DNA of 63,778 nt, the filler included, from Reticulomyxa filosa (lineage: Eukaryota; Protista; Foraminifera): assembly GCA_000512085.1 (NCBI GenBank). It is 27 parts of 27 records of this genome, joined end to end, with 100 filler letters (N's around TTAATTAATTAA, not from the genome) between each part and the next. Parts side by side here need not be neighbours in the genome. Positions count along the whole stretch, not along the records: positions 52,781 to 54,941 come from ASPP01023189.1; positions 55,042 to 56,107 come from ASPP01036185.1; positions 56,208 to 57,925 come from ASPP01019142.1; positions 58,026 to 59,088 come from ASPP01010149.1; positions 59,189 to 60,189 come from ASPP01013815.1; positions 60,290 to 62,634 come from ASPP01002373.1; positions 62,735 to 63,778 come from ASPP01010704.1; 20 more parts are not named here. One strand, given 5' to 3'. The translations under genes were made by a program, and so were the position numbers. Of the stretch, positions 53,286 to 63,778 are shown piece after piece (position 1 is the first letter of the stretch; each line of letters opens with the position of its first letter). The notes under the pieces are model-generated. The model worked only from the letters and a program-made list of their open reading frames with translations. It made no database searches and was not told the origin of the DNA.

Positions 53286-53403
53286 AGGTTCCGTAATATG
53301 CAGTTTTACCTTTGGGATGGCAGTGTGACTCTAGCATCAGCTGACAGACCCACCATTTGGGGGTAAGTGCGCGTAGCACCCGCACCGGAGCCTATTTTTT
53401 TTT
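53286..53403 (+). ncRNA. Candidate ~108-nt structured small RNA with a Pol III-like T9 terminator, family unassigned
   Basis: GC-rich island; terminal helix AGGUUCCG/CGGAGCCU; long G-U-rich helix 53306-53320/53353-53366; hairpin GUGC-GCGUA-GCAC; T9 directly after. Confidence 0.55.
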
Positions 53404-53848
53404 GCTGGAACATGAAATATATTTGAATTGTGATATCTAATTATTTATTGCGAAAAATGTCATGCAGAATTATATGCTTAAACATATTTGCTTGAGTCAA
53501 AAAATTTTAAAGAATTGACTTATATATTCGTTCTTATGTTAAATGAAAAAATGTAGTGTTTAAAAAGTTTGTCTACATGCGATTGAGAATATCACAGACG
53601 CCAAACAAATGACTAAAAAGACAAAGCAAAGCTTTTTAATTCTCAAGGAACAGAGTTAAATCCGACACCATTCAAACCAAAGAACAATTCTTTCGTTTTT
53701 GAATTGGGTATCATCACCACAATTGCATTGCACGCACAAAATCAAAACAAAAAAAGGTGGTTTAACATTCATGCAAACATTTTTTTTTCTTTTAATCGTG
53801 TGGTTCTTCTTGATTACATTTTGTTTGAACATTTGTGTAACATTTTTT

Positions 53849-53952
53849 TCCCATAACCGGCTGTTAAATGGCAGCGTATCAATCAAAATTTGTAATGTAT
53901 GTGTAATTCCTTTGATTGATTCAACTGTCGATTCGTCTAACAGCCGGCGGGA
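53849..53952 (-). promoter_or_regulatory. Long stem-loop immediately 3' of an in-frame UGA (candidate recoding element)
   Basis: Nested perfect 10-bp helices 53857-53866/53938-53947 and 53878-53887/53911-53920, with a UCCC/GGGA base. Confidence 0.55.
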
Positions 53953-54454
53953 CCTCAGGCCGAACGAGGGGCAGCCTGTGGCAGGTCACTGATAGTTCGA
54001 ACTCGCAAGGGCCTATTCCGGTTTCCTCCATCCCCCGGTCTCTTACCGGAGCTCCCTCCATTGGCTTGGCTCCGTTTGTCATTCACATACATAAATATGC
54101 TTCCAAGTAGCAATACTATAAAGGCTGTAAATCCATAGCGCCAATCCCAGTATGCTGATCACACGTTTTGTGTTTATGTTGCATCTTATATTTTACCGTA
54201 CTTCCATTTGTAAGTTGATCCAAAGATAAATAAATTAAAAAATAACAAGCACAAAAAATCACTGTCACTCAACTGAGACCACTACATAAGCAGACCAACA
54301 AGTAAAGCACTATTGCTTTCTTTGAACACAACGTGTCTTTGCTACACCATGAAGGCTTCTTACAGTTCGAAGAACAGCGAAAAGTTCTTTCAGTTCCCAA
54401 AGGATTGTAGCCTTTGGAATCTTGTTGAATCACTCCATTCAAAATGCGCGGCAT
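53937..54454 (-). CDS. Small membrane protein, candidate selenoprotein (SelK/FAM241-like layout), 132 aa if the UGA is decoded
   Basis: Exons 54454-54274 and 54154-53937 (GT-AG, phase 1): MPRILNGVIQQDS...AIVLYLLVCLCSGLTYWDWRYGFTAFIVLLLGSIFMYVNDKRSQANGGSSGKRPGDGGNRNRPLRVRTISDLPQAAPRSA-TGA-GPAGC-TAG. Confidence 0.7.
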
Positions 54455-55194
54455 TTTTTTTTGGCTCTGATGAACTTTTTTAAATTTTTTTTTGAAACAC
54501 TTTTTGGTTAGTTTTAAACCAACAATAATTTTTAACCGCATGTTTATTTAATGCGTACATTTTGCAATCCTTATTTTAATACGTGTCCAAAAAAAAAGAG
54601 TTGTTTTTTAAATAGACATTATTTGCATGATAATGATGCAACACAAAAGTAATACACAAATTTTAGAAATTCTCCAAGATACTCAATAAGACGAGCGACC
54701 GACGTTATGAGGAGATCTGCAACCAAATCAAACAAAGCAAAACGAAATAAAAAATATCAGCAGCAAATTTTCCACATGTTAAAAGTTAGTCGTGAAGCAC
54801 GTGGTTTGCTCTTGCATATTTTTTTAAAAAGGCAAAACAATTCGAACATTTTCAAGTGTCACAGATAAAAATTTTGCAATTTTCACCAGATAGTGAAAAT
54901 AGTAAGTGTTGTCAATTGCATTTCTTATGAACCAGAGTAGGNNNNNNNNNNNNNNNNNNNNNNNNNNNNNNNNNNNNNNNNNNNNTTAATTAATTAANNN
55001 NNNNNNNNNNNNNNNNNNNNNNNNNNNNNNNNNNNNNNNNNGATAAAATATAGTTTTTTAACAATAATTTGAAAAAACGCTTCTACGTTTGAATTTCTGT
55101 TCTGTAACAAAGATTACAAATTGAAAACTGTGTTGTGACGCTAAATCAAGGTTTTGAAAAAGGAGAACAAGATAGTAAACTTTTTCAATATAAC

Positions 55195-55915
55195 ATGTCA
55201 TCTCCCGTAATACTTTTTTTTTTTGTAATTGTAAATGAGTTTAAAATACAAGTGAGATAGGCTCTCAAAGCAAGCAGGAGACAATAATACATGTTACTCC
55301 AACAGAATTTTCCTCAGATTGAAAAAGAAATTATTTTACAAGCATGGAACTGTTGTGACGAAGATATCGACGGAACGAATGAAATATTGCACTGTATCAA
55401 TGATAACAGGCTGATTACTAAATCTACATGTCCAATTATCTTTTTTTCTGAAGTGTATCAACGTTGCTCTTTCAATAAATAGAATATTTCACAATGACCA
55501 AAAGCACTCTCTCTTACTATTGGAAGATTTTGGTAATCGAGTGAACAAAACAGAGATTTTAAATCTACGGAAACAATTTGATCAAATTTCTTATGGAACA
55601 AAATCCAAATTGGAAAAAATTTGCTTTTCTCGTGACATCAATAGGTTTAACACATAATGATTACTTATTTATTTCTTTTCATCAAAGGAAATGAAGAAGT
55701 TTTACAATGCAATAAATGAGAGATCGAAAGAAAGAGAAGAGCTGATGATTGTCAGATCAATATATCTTTGTATATTATGGAATCCAAAAGTAATTAAATA
55801 TCGTCAAATTAGCTATCATAACTTATATAAAAATTTGAGACCCAAATGTAATCAACTATGCGTGAATTTTGTTGAAACTTTGGATGACATAAACGATGAA
55901 TGTGAAGAAAGATAA
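55195..55915 (+). pseudogene. Degenerate gene with CUE-like and PUB-like segments
   Basis: LQQNFPQIEKEIILQAW..CDEDIDGT.EIL (CUE-like) and ILWNPKVIKYRQI (PUB-like); frames interrupted. Confidence 0.4.
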
Positions 55916-56297
55916 AAATTATCAGATTATTGCTCTGTTAATGCAATCAAATACTTATCTCTTTTGTAATTTCCATTTCAATTGCGCTTCTTTTCGATAC
56001 AATGAAAAATGTGTTTTGTTATTGTTGATATGGATAGGAATTTAATTCGTTTAATGTAATGTAGAAAGACATGTTAAAACAATCAAATAAAGGATCACTC
56101 AATCCTTNNNNNNNNNNNNNNNNNNNNNNNNNNNNNNNNNNNNNNNNNNNNTTAATTAATTAANNNNNNNNNNNNNNNNNNNNNNNNNNNNNNNNNNNNN
56201 NNNNNNNTTTTTAAGAAAAAAAAAAGGAAAAACCCCTTTCAAAAAAAAAAAGTAATGTTGTACGTATTTTATAAACTTTTTTTTTAATAAAAAAAAG

Positions 56298-56450
56298 GTG
56301 TTTATTGGAACGAAATATGATTTGTTTGATGGACTTCCAGATATGTATAAACAACAATCTCGAAAATTTGCTCAAAAAATACATGCTCCATTGGTGTATT
56401 GCTCGTCTGTTAAATCAATAAATGTTGATATAATTTTTCAAATAATTAAA
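56298..56450 (+). pseudogene. Spg1/Tem1-type small GTPase C-terminal exon, probably degenerate
   Basis: VFIGTKYDLF...SRKFAQKIHAPLVYCSSVKSINVDIIFQII matches the Spg1/Tem1 G4/G5 region, with a short deletion and a lost C-terminus. Confidence 0.65.
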
Positions 56451-57119
56451 GTTGAAGAGATCTATTTTAAAATACAATCCTCAAGTGGTATTAATTTTTT
56501 TAAGAAATATTTGTTTACAAGAATTGAAATTGTCTTGTCAAAAAACATCTTTTTTTTTGAAAAGGAAAATTTTGTTTGTTGATCACTCAAAATAATCCAA
56601 CAGCACAGCACATTGCTACGCTTCGCTTTACGAAGAAGAAGGTATTCTGATAAAATATTTTTTGGCTAGATTAAACTTGTAGTTTCACATCCATTTTTAT
56701 TTTATTGTTTAAACCAAGTTAGTATTTCTTGTGCAACTTTTTTTATAGGGTTTTGATTTCCCTCTGGTTACTGTTTGTGTTTGGTAAAGCCTCCATTGTT
56801 TGTCGGAATTAAATAACCGACAGATAATTTTAATCGATAAATCTTCATGAAGTGTAAACTTGTAAACATTATGTGTTAGATGCATTTCAAATCGATGTGA
56901 TTCCGTTTTTTCCTCAAATTAAAATAAGGTAACAGAATATTAAAACATTTTTAACAATCATGACAACTTTGTTAGCTTCAGCAAATGAAAACCTTTAAAA
57001 CGTTTTAAAACCTGTGGCCAAGCCTTTCGAATTGACGGTTATATAACAACACCATCAGCAGTAATGTTTCGAAAAGTTGCGAGGTGAAAAGTCGTAATTC
57101 AAAAATAATTTTTTAAAAA

Positions 57120-57879
57120 ATGACACAAAAACCAGATTCATCAACGGATTCGCATCTCATCTGGCCAGGTGTCTGGCAAATTCGCGGCCAGGGCCACCAG
57201 AATGGGAACTATATCAACGTGGTAGAGGAAGAAGGAAAGTTTGTTGTGACTGACGCGGACTCAAACAAACATTTGGGTAATTTGATATTGAGTGGAGTAG
57301 ATCCAAAACGTGTAATTTTTTTAAACTTAAGAAATGTGAATGAATACGGAATATTGCAAGGTCCACCTTTCAATCGAGTTGTGCAAAAAAAAAAAAAAAG
57401 TATTACATTGTATAAGGCAAAAGAAAGAGCGTGCAAAAGAGGAATAGTTCTAATGTATACGTACATATATAATTTTGAAATGATGTTTGAAACAGGTATC
57501 GTGGACAGATGAAAACAGCCGTCGAAAAAATGAATGGTACAAGATTGATTCAAGAGAGCAACATTCGATAAATAATAACAAAGTGTTGAGACTATCAAAG
57601 ATCGAAAATATGTGGGGAGTGCAGCCACGAACGAATAAAAAAAAACCAAGAAAAGGACCACTCTTGTACGTACCTAAGCAAATGGCACCTCCCGCTCCAA
57701 CGTTAGCTCCAGTGTACACCCCAGCTAAAGTTGAGAGTGTCTTAGAGAAGAGCCACATAAATCAAGAGTCGTTGAACGACGTACCCATTTCGATACACGT
57801 TTCCGCACAACCTGTTCAATCTCAAAACCGCAGCAATCGTCACTCACCCCTTCTCAAAACGTCGTTCCAGTGCCTGTAA
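57120..57879 (+). CDS. Hypothetical protein, beta-rich N-terminal domain then a Pro/Ser-rich region, 3'-partial
   Basis: ATG ORF spliced at ~57378-57495 into VSWTDENSRRKNEWYKI. Confidence 0.6.
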
Positions 57880-58061
57880 CGCTACTCTTCCGTTGTGTTT
57901 CCAACCTTTTTTTTTTTTTTTTTTTNNNNNNNNNNNNNNNNNNNNNNNNNNNNNNNNNNNNNNNNNNNNTTAATTAATTAANNNNNNNNNNNNNNNNNNN
58001 NNNNNNNNNNNNNNNNNNNNNNNNNTATTATGTATATACAAAAATTTCAACATCATCACTA

Positions 58062-59056
58062 TCATTCACACTTTGTCAAACCTTCAGTATTGATAATTTT
58101 TTTAAGTTCAGCAGGAGTAGCTTTCAATCCCCCCGTCGGCACAATGCGATTCAAATCGTAAATGGCTTGCACTTCCGTTTCCTTCAATCCCAAAGCGCGA
58201 TACGATGTGACCCGTCCCAATTCATTTGCAAACGCTTCCACCAAATCATGTAGGCTTTGCAAGGATGTGGGTATCGTGTCTTGGCCTATGATCCACTTGG
58301 TCACAAACTCAAAGAAGCATTTCCAGCGAGTGCAAATCCCCGGCCACATCAATGCATCCAACACACTTTTGAAGATATCTTTCCCATCGTTTTCCCAATC
58401 CTTTTTTTTTTCTTTCCATTCCGATGAATAGCGTGCGTACGCTTGCATTAGTTCCTCAGCTTCTTTTGTGCCTTTTTTTTTTTTTTTTTTTACGTATAAT
58501 TATACTTTCATATTGCATGCACGTGTATATGTACATATATACACGTGCATATGTATATATGGGGACATATTTTTTTTTAGGAAGAGTGGAAAAAACCTAA
58601 GTCGATTTCGAGTTGTTTCAAATCAAACGCCATGTTTCTTTGTGCAAATATCCATAATAATTCGCATTTTTTGATCTTGTTTTTATTTGCGTGTTTGGCT
58701 TCGTCCGCTATTTTCGTTTCCTCATTACTGTCAGTTGTTGCATTGAATTCTTCTACGGCCATTGTGTCCAAGTCCTGGTTTTCTTCGGCTTGACTTTTGT
58801 GCCACCTTTCCTTAGCCTCATTCACTCGCTCCAAATCCAAAAATATCGGAGGAGGCTTTTTGGATTGTTCCAGCTTGTGCTTCTTCCACACTTCGACCCG
58901 GTACTGCTTTTGTGTCGAGTCGTAACGAACCACCGTCCCGGAATGCCCGGTTTCCAATGTCACCGTCTTGCCGAGAAACGTTGTTGGATCAACAGCCGTC
59001 CATTTCTCCTCGTTTTCCTGTTCAGTGGGGATCTGTTTTGTATTTAATTCCGACAT
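58062..59056 (-). CDS. Hypothetical protein, multi-exon
   Basis: Two coding-like ORFs separated by a (TA/CA)-rich intron; no recognised domain. Confidence 0.55.
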
Positions 59057-59188
59057 TTCGTTTTTTTTTTTTTTTATTTTTAATAAAANNNNNNNNNNNN
59101 NNNNNNNNNNNNNNNNNNNNNNNNNNNNNNNNTTAATTAATTAANNNNNNNNNNNNNNNNNNNNNNNNNNNNNNNNNNNNNNNNNNNN

Positions 59189-59520
59189 CCGGGCCTCGGC
59201 GAGTTGGCGATGCCATACCGGTTGCTGTTGGTTAGCCAGTACTCGGTTTCTGCCACCCGGGCAGAGATGGGCCCCCTATCCCCGACCTCTGCAGGAAGGG
59301 CAAAAGAAAAGGCGAACTTTCCGTCGCCGATGCCGGCAGCCGCCAGATCCGAACGAAAGGCATCGGCGCGGACAACACCGACAGGAATGCCACCGGCATA
59401 GACTTCAACGGAGAGCCGTTCGCGGGGACGGCTGGCGTCTTGCGCCCAACCATGGACGCGCCCATCGCTCAACGCGTCGAGAGTCCCGCGATATCGAGAT
59501 CGGCGAAAAAATCCGAACAT
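59189..59520 (-). CDS. Bacterial hypothetical protein (Ig-like module often fused to glycosyltransferases), 3'-partial
   Basis: GTLD...VHGWAQD...VEVYAGG..VGVVRADAFRSDLAAAGIGDGKFAFSF; high-GC codon usage. Confidence 0.65.
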
Positions 59521-59741
59521 TCACACCCAAATGGTCTGCCCCCGGTCGCGATACCAGTCCGTGAGCCGGAGTCCGGCCGCTCTGGCGGCTCCCAAAGGCT
59601 GATCGTAGCGTAGGCCAGCACCCGGGCTGGCGACAAGGCGGCGGCGCCGGTGTGGCGCTCGAACCTCCTTGCAGCGAAGCACAACCAGCTCCCCGGCGAT
59701 CCCGGCCTGGTCAAAGCCAGGATCCGGCTGGCGACGGGCCT

Positions 59742-60189
59742 CTAGCCCTTCGGGCGCTTGTCGAGGACGCGGCGGGCCTTGCCGATCGACCGTTCGATCC
59801 CGCGGTGCCGCGATCTCCACGTCGGCCGTCAGGCCGCACATGCCCTTGAGCCGCTGCGTCAGAGCCGTAGCCGAACGGGCGGTTGCATCACTCTCCTGAA
59901 GGGTCCGCGCCTCGACCCGCACCAGAAGATCGTCGAGCGCTCCTGTCCGCGTCAGTTCGATGATGTAGTGACCGCTCAGCGCCGGGTCGCGCAGGATCTG
60001 TTCCTCGACCTGGCTCGGGAAGAGATTGACGCCGCGCACGATCAGCATGTCGTCGCTGCGGCCTGTGATCTTGGCCATGCGCCTCATCGCCGTGACAGAG
60101 CCCGGCATCAGCCGCGTGAGATCGCGCGTCCGGTACCGTACGACGGGCATCGCTTCCTTGGTCAGCGTGGTGAACACCAGTTCGCCCGG
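59742..60189 (-). CDS. paaK: Bacterial phenylacetate-CoA ligase, C-terminal part, with a frameshift near 59803
   Basis: GELVFTTLTKEAMPVVRYRTRDLT...ITGRSDDMLIVRGVNLFPSQVE; the true end GIERSIGKARRVLDKRPKG* is in a shifted frame. Confidence 0.92.
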
Positions 60190-60699
60190 NNNNNNNNNNN
60201 NNNNNNNNNNNNNNNNNNNNNNNNNNNNNNNNNTTAATTAATTAANNNNNNNNNNNNNNNNNNNNNNNNNNNNNNNNNNNNNNNNNNNNAAAAAACTTTT
60301 TTAAGCAATAGACCCAAACACAATTACAACGACAGGTAACAGGAACTTGGGACAGGTACACATAAATGATCAACAAAAAATGTGTGGAAAAGGAGATGGA
60401 GGGGACTAGACCGTTGACATAACATGTTGTTCATGTATCCATCCAGCAGGAGCCCAGCGCCACCAACACATTGCCAATATCCACAATTTTTTTCTTGATT
60501 CGCTAAATAATGGAGTGACTTTCGAATGATCAATCCAATTATCGACTGACACGATCGATGTGGTTACTTTTTGTAACAAATGTGCAATAGCATTAGCTTT
60601 TCATTGCACACCAAATTAAATCGTGGAATAAAGCAGCGGTACCCAAATATGTTGGCGAGCACAATACCAGTTCAATGGATTAAAATAATTGACAAAAAA

Positions 60700-62634
60700 G
60701 TAAAACTGGACCGTGTTTCGCTGTTACCATCATGAAGTATCACTGGCTCTGCGTTTGACATCGCTACACCCATCAAGAGGCTTCAATTGAGGATGCACTA
60801 TGCGAAAGTAGTCCATGAAATAGGAGTAGCGCAAAGCCGCCACTCGTGGATGTGAAGAGCCATTTTGTAACGAAAGTAAAATTGACATAATGTCTTTTTT
60901 ACTTTTTAAAGCAAATCCAACGCAGCATCTTCAAAATCTTCTTTTTATTCTTCATCATCCCCTTCCTCCTATCTTCATTCTCTTGTTTGCTTGTGATATT
61001 GACTTGGAGTTTCGCAACAATTGCGATATTATCATGTCCTTTTTTTTTTCCTTTCTTCTTGACGAACTTGCCTTCGTAGTTGGACAGCGCCAAGATCCAG
61101 ATCGTCGGTGATTAAACTATGAGAATTTTTGTTCAACGATTCCAATGGCATACAAATTCATTCGTTCACGTCGCCCTTTGATAGGAGACATGCTTTGACC
61201 TTGGATAATGATTGTTGTTGGAAATTTCGCATATCTATCCAACAATTTTTGGATTGACGATACGATGAGAGAATGTACCATTTGTATTTTCTTTTCTTAC
61301 TTTTGACGTATTTTTTTTTATTATTGTTTCTTGAGTGCCATCTAACACGTCGTCGATCCTGGAGGAAGTTCATTAAAGATAGCCTTGTCCACAAACAATA
61401 CAATGAGCTCTCTCTTTCTATCTATTCACAAATTATCAATGATCAATGCCACCTTCGAGCTTACTATTCCTCCCATTAGCATATATATGATTCAAAACCC
61501 AAAATTTGCGCATGTGCGCACGCACGCACAGCTAGTTTTGCTTGTTGTCGTGAGTTTATAAAATTAGGTTGCCATTTCCATTACGATAAATTTTCCATTG
61601 ATTCGTTGGCGCCAATAGATTGCATTTCGACGCAATCTTTGCGGATAATTGTTAGCGTAGCACAGCATCAGAGACTTGTGTCTGTTTACGTTGATGGTAA
61701 ATACATTCATTACATTACTTTGGACTACCACTCCCATATTCGTTCAACACTATCCACTGGGGCGCACTATGTGAAATTGCTCTATGATCGCGAGTGGCGA
61801 TTTTGCGTGTTTCGAGACGTAAAAGAGCAAGTCAATGACCAAGTTCAATAAAGCCGGCCAACTGATTTTTTTTTTTCCTCCTTTAAACAAATCCAACAAG
61901 ATACAGACTTAACATTACTTTTCTTCTCTTCATTATCCTCATCCTATTCCTCTTCTTTCTTGCCGTTGTCTTGGAGCTTCATCACAACTAAATTGAACCA
62001 CTCTTATATGAGACGCTTCTCCCGATGTAGTGGTTGCTCGATGGCAATGTCAATTATTTTCTGACCACGTTCACGTTCTTTTCTTCATCGTCTTCCACTT
62101 ATTGCTTTCTTGATTGCTACCCAACACGTCGTCCGTAGTTCATCGTTGATCCCGGAGGCAGCTCGGCAAAGATAACAGGCATTTTTTCGACAAATGCAAG
62201 GCATACAACTCTTGCAGCGATTGACTCGGAAATGCGATTAGCTCTCTCTATCTTTTTTCACCAATCAACAATGTCCAATACTTCTACCACCAGTATACGT
62301 ACAATTTAAAATTTAAATTTGCGAATGTGCGTGTACACACGACCAGTTTCGGAATGAGTGCTCCATCTCTGCGTTAACAAAAATTGGCAAAGTTTCCATA
62401 ACGACCAAGTGCTCCTTGTTCATTGGCTCCGATAGATCGCAGCTTGACATCTTCTTTGATGCTGTGCCGCGCCAACAATTATCCGCAGAAATTTTTTGTG
62501 CGCTTGTGTTGATGGAAAACGTTCTTTCAAATGCTCCGGGGTGCCACACTTGTCCAGAATTTTCCTTTGGGGTGCGATATGTGAAGTTACCCACGCCCGC
62601 AAGTGGCGACTTTGCGCGTTTCCAGGGACGAAAA
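60700..62634. repeat. Diverged tandem duplication (~0.8-1 kb period, 2-3 copies) of a decayed coding-like unit
   Basis: Shared blocks ACACGTCGTC, AGCTCTCTCT, ATTTGCG.ATGTGCG, TTTCCAT.ACGA and GGG.GC..TATGTGAA.T...AGTGGCGA.TTTGCG recur at ~61345-61810 and ~62125-62620, and more weakly at ~60790. Confidence 0.65.
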
Positions 62635-62786
62635 NNNNNNNNNNNNNNNNNNNNNNNNNNNNNNNNNNNNNNNNNNNNTTAATTAATTAANNNNNNNNNN
62701 NNNNNNNNNNNNNNNNNNNNNNNNNNNNNNNNNNGGGGGAAGAGCATTTGTATACGTATTGGGTAATGTATGAAAGAAAAAAAGTA

Positions 62787-63561
62787 TCAGGGAGAACAAC
62801 ATAACAATCGCGTGGCCCTGACTTCAGACTCGACTTCTGAAGACAAAGGTTTAGTGGATGGAATGATCGAGTCGTAGTCGATATTGTCCAAGTTCGTCTC
62901 CCAAGTTTTAACAGGGCCGGGCATTCGTGATATGTAACCCATCAGCATATGTGTAATACCTGTGAAGCAAATCGGTGGATTATTGCATGCTAACGGACAT
63001 AACACACACACACATGAACACGTATACACACAAAACTGTCTTTGGACAGATATTCAATCATTTTCCAGTTAATTTGCGGTTCATTGAGTTCGAGGAACGA
63101 CTCGAGCAACTGCATCCGTTCCGAGTCGGTTCCGTCTTCATCGTCTTCCTCGTTGTCTTCATTGCTGAGGAGATGATCACCACCGTCGTGTTCACTTTCG
63201 TCGTCAGAGCCGACTTTGTTGGAAACGAGGTCGTTGTCATGATCACTTTCGTTGCCGTGGTCTACAGGAGACAATGGATCACTTGTATTGGTATTGGGAG
63301 CAGTAGCAGTAGCAGTAGCATTAGCAGTGGTAGTGGATCCCAATAGCTTGTTGACAATCAACTCCTCTTTTTCTTTTTCTTTTTCCTTTTGTTTTTCCGG
63401 AGCAGATGGAGACTCGTTTCCATTCTGTTGACTCACCTTGCTGTAGTCGTCTTCGATATCGGAATCGTCTGATCCTTGCTCGTCTTCGCTTCCGTGACCC
63501 AGTTTCTTCGCATCTCCATCTCCCGTCAGACTTAGTCCGATTTGAGCCTCTTGTCTGTCAT
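62787..63561 (-). CDS. Hypothetical protein with an acidic low-complexity region, weak SAPS/PP6R-like helical segment
   Basis: RMQLLESFLELNEPQINWKMIEYLSKD|GITHMLMGYISR; multi-exon, partial. Confidence 0.45.
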
Positions 63562-63614
63562 CCAATAAATTTATTCATCAATCTTTTTTTTTTTTTTTTT
63601 TTGCAAAAAGGGAA

Positions 63615-63648
<34 letters not shown>

Positions 63649-63778
63649 AGTGACAAGTTGGCGTACATTTCAGGCATATCGAGTAATCCATTGATAAAGT
63701 CATGAGAATCATTACCACCTCCAATACTAATCGCGTTTCGACTTTTTTTTTTTTAAGGCCGTTCGTTGCGTCGGCGTC

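Noticed and set aside
53665-53720. AUGA...AAA...UGAA pattern in the candidate selenoprotein 3' region as a canonical SECIS
   Set aside because: Helix II pairs poorly by eye. Not called, but worth a SECISearch run.
53950-53990. Plus-strand UCAGG-N10-GGCAGCC resembling SRP RNA helix 8
   Set aside because: The flanking helix does not pair, there is no GNRA loop, and the GC-rich region is explained as a coding exon on the minus strand.
53922-54083. 53-aa minus-strand ORF MTNGAKPMEG...
   Set aside because: Alternative frame of the candidate selenoprotein exon, with no protein-like features.
56658-56686. TTTTGGCTAGATTAAACTTGTAGT resembling the U2 snRNA 5' region
   Set aside because: No stem I 5' arm, the branch-point pairing sequence is broken, and no downstream U2 structure is present.

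Overview
The window is not one locus. It is 27 short contigs joined by 26 artificial 100-nt spacers (N44-TTAATTAATTAA-N44), so adjacency across a spacer means nothing. Twenty-six contigs are AT-rich, intron-rich protist DNA. The expanded Kelch-like, WD40 and ART-like families, many pseudogenes and (TA)n/poly-A introns suggest a foraminiferan such as Reticulomyxa (inference). One contig (59189-60189) is GC-rich bacterial DNA carrying paaK. Hand splicing recovered genes that the ORF track splits or misses: an RGS-domain gene, a ubiquitin E2, a thiolase, an acyl-CoA synthetase, a RhoGAP exon, a divergent profilin, a DoxX protein, a Kelch-WD40 fusion, DnaJ, PDZ, CAP-Gly and BEACH-like genes, an ART-like protein and a MerB-like protein. 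The strongest hunt results are five. (1) A two-exon small membrane protein with an in-frame TGA giving a C-terminal U-GPAG-C motif (candidate selenoprotein), with a ~100-nt stem-loop starting 2 nt after the TGA and no canonical SECIS visible. (2) A ~1,060-aa single-chain protein of three tandem purine nucleoside phosphorylase domains, of which only the first keeps the catalytic motifs. (3) An intron-containing MerB-like gene. (4) An unclassified ~108-nt structured RNA candidate ending in T9. (5) A ~220-bp solo-LTR family with 4-bp target-site duplications. All family assignments come from motif recognition by eye; no searches were run.
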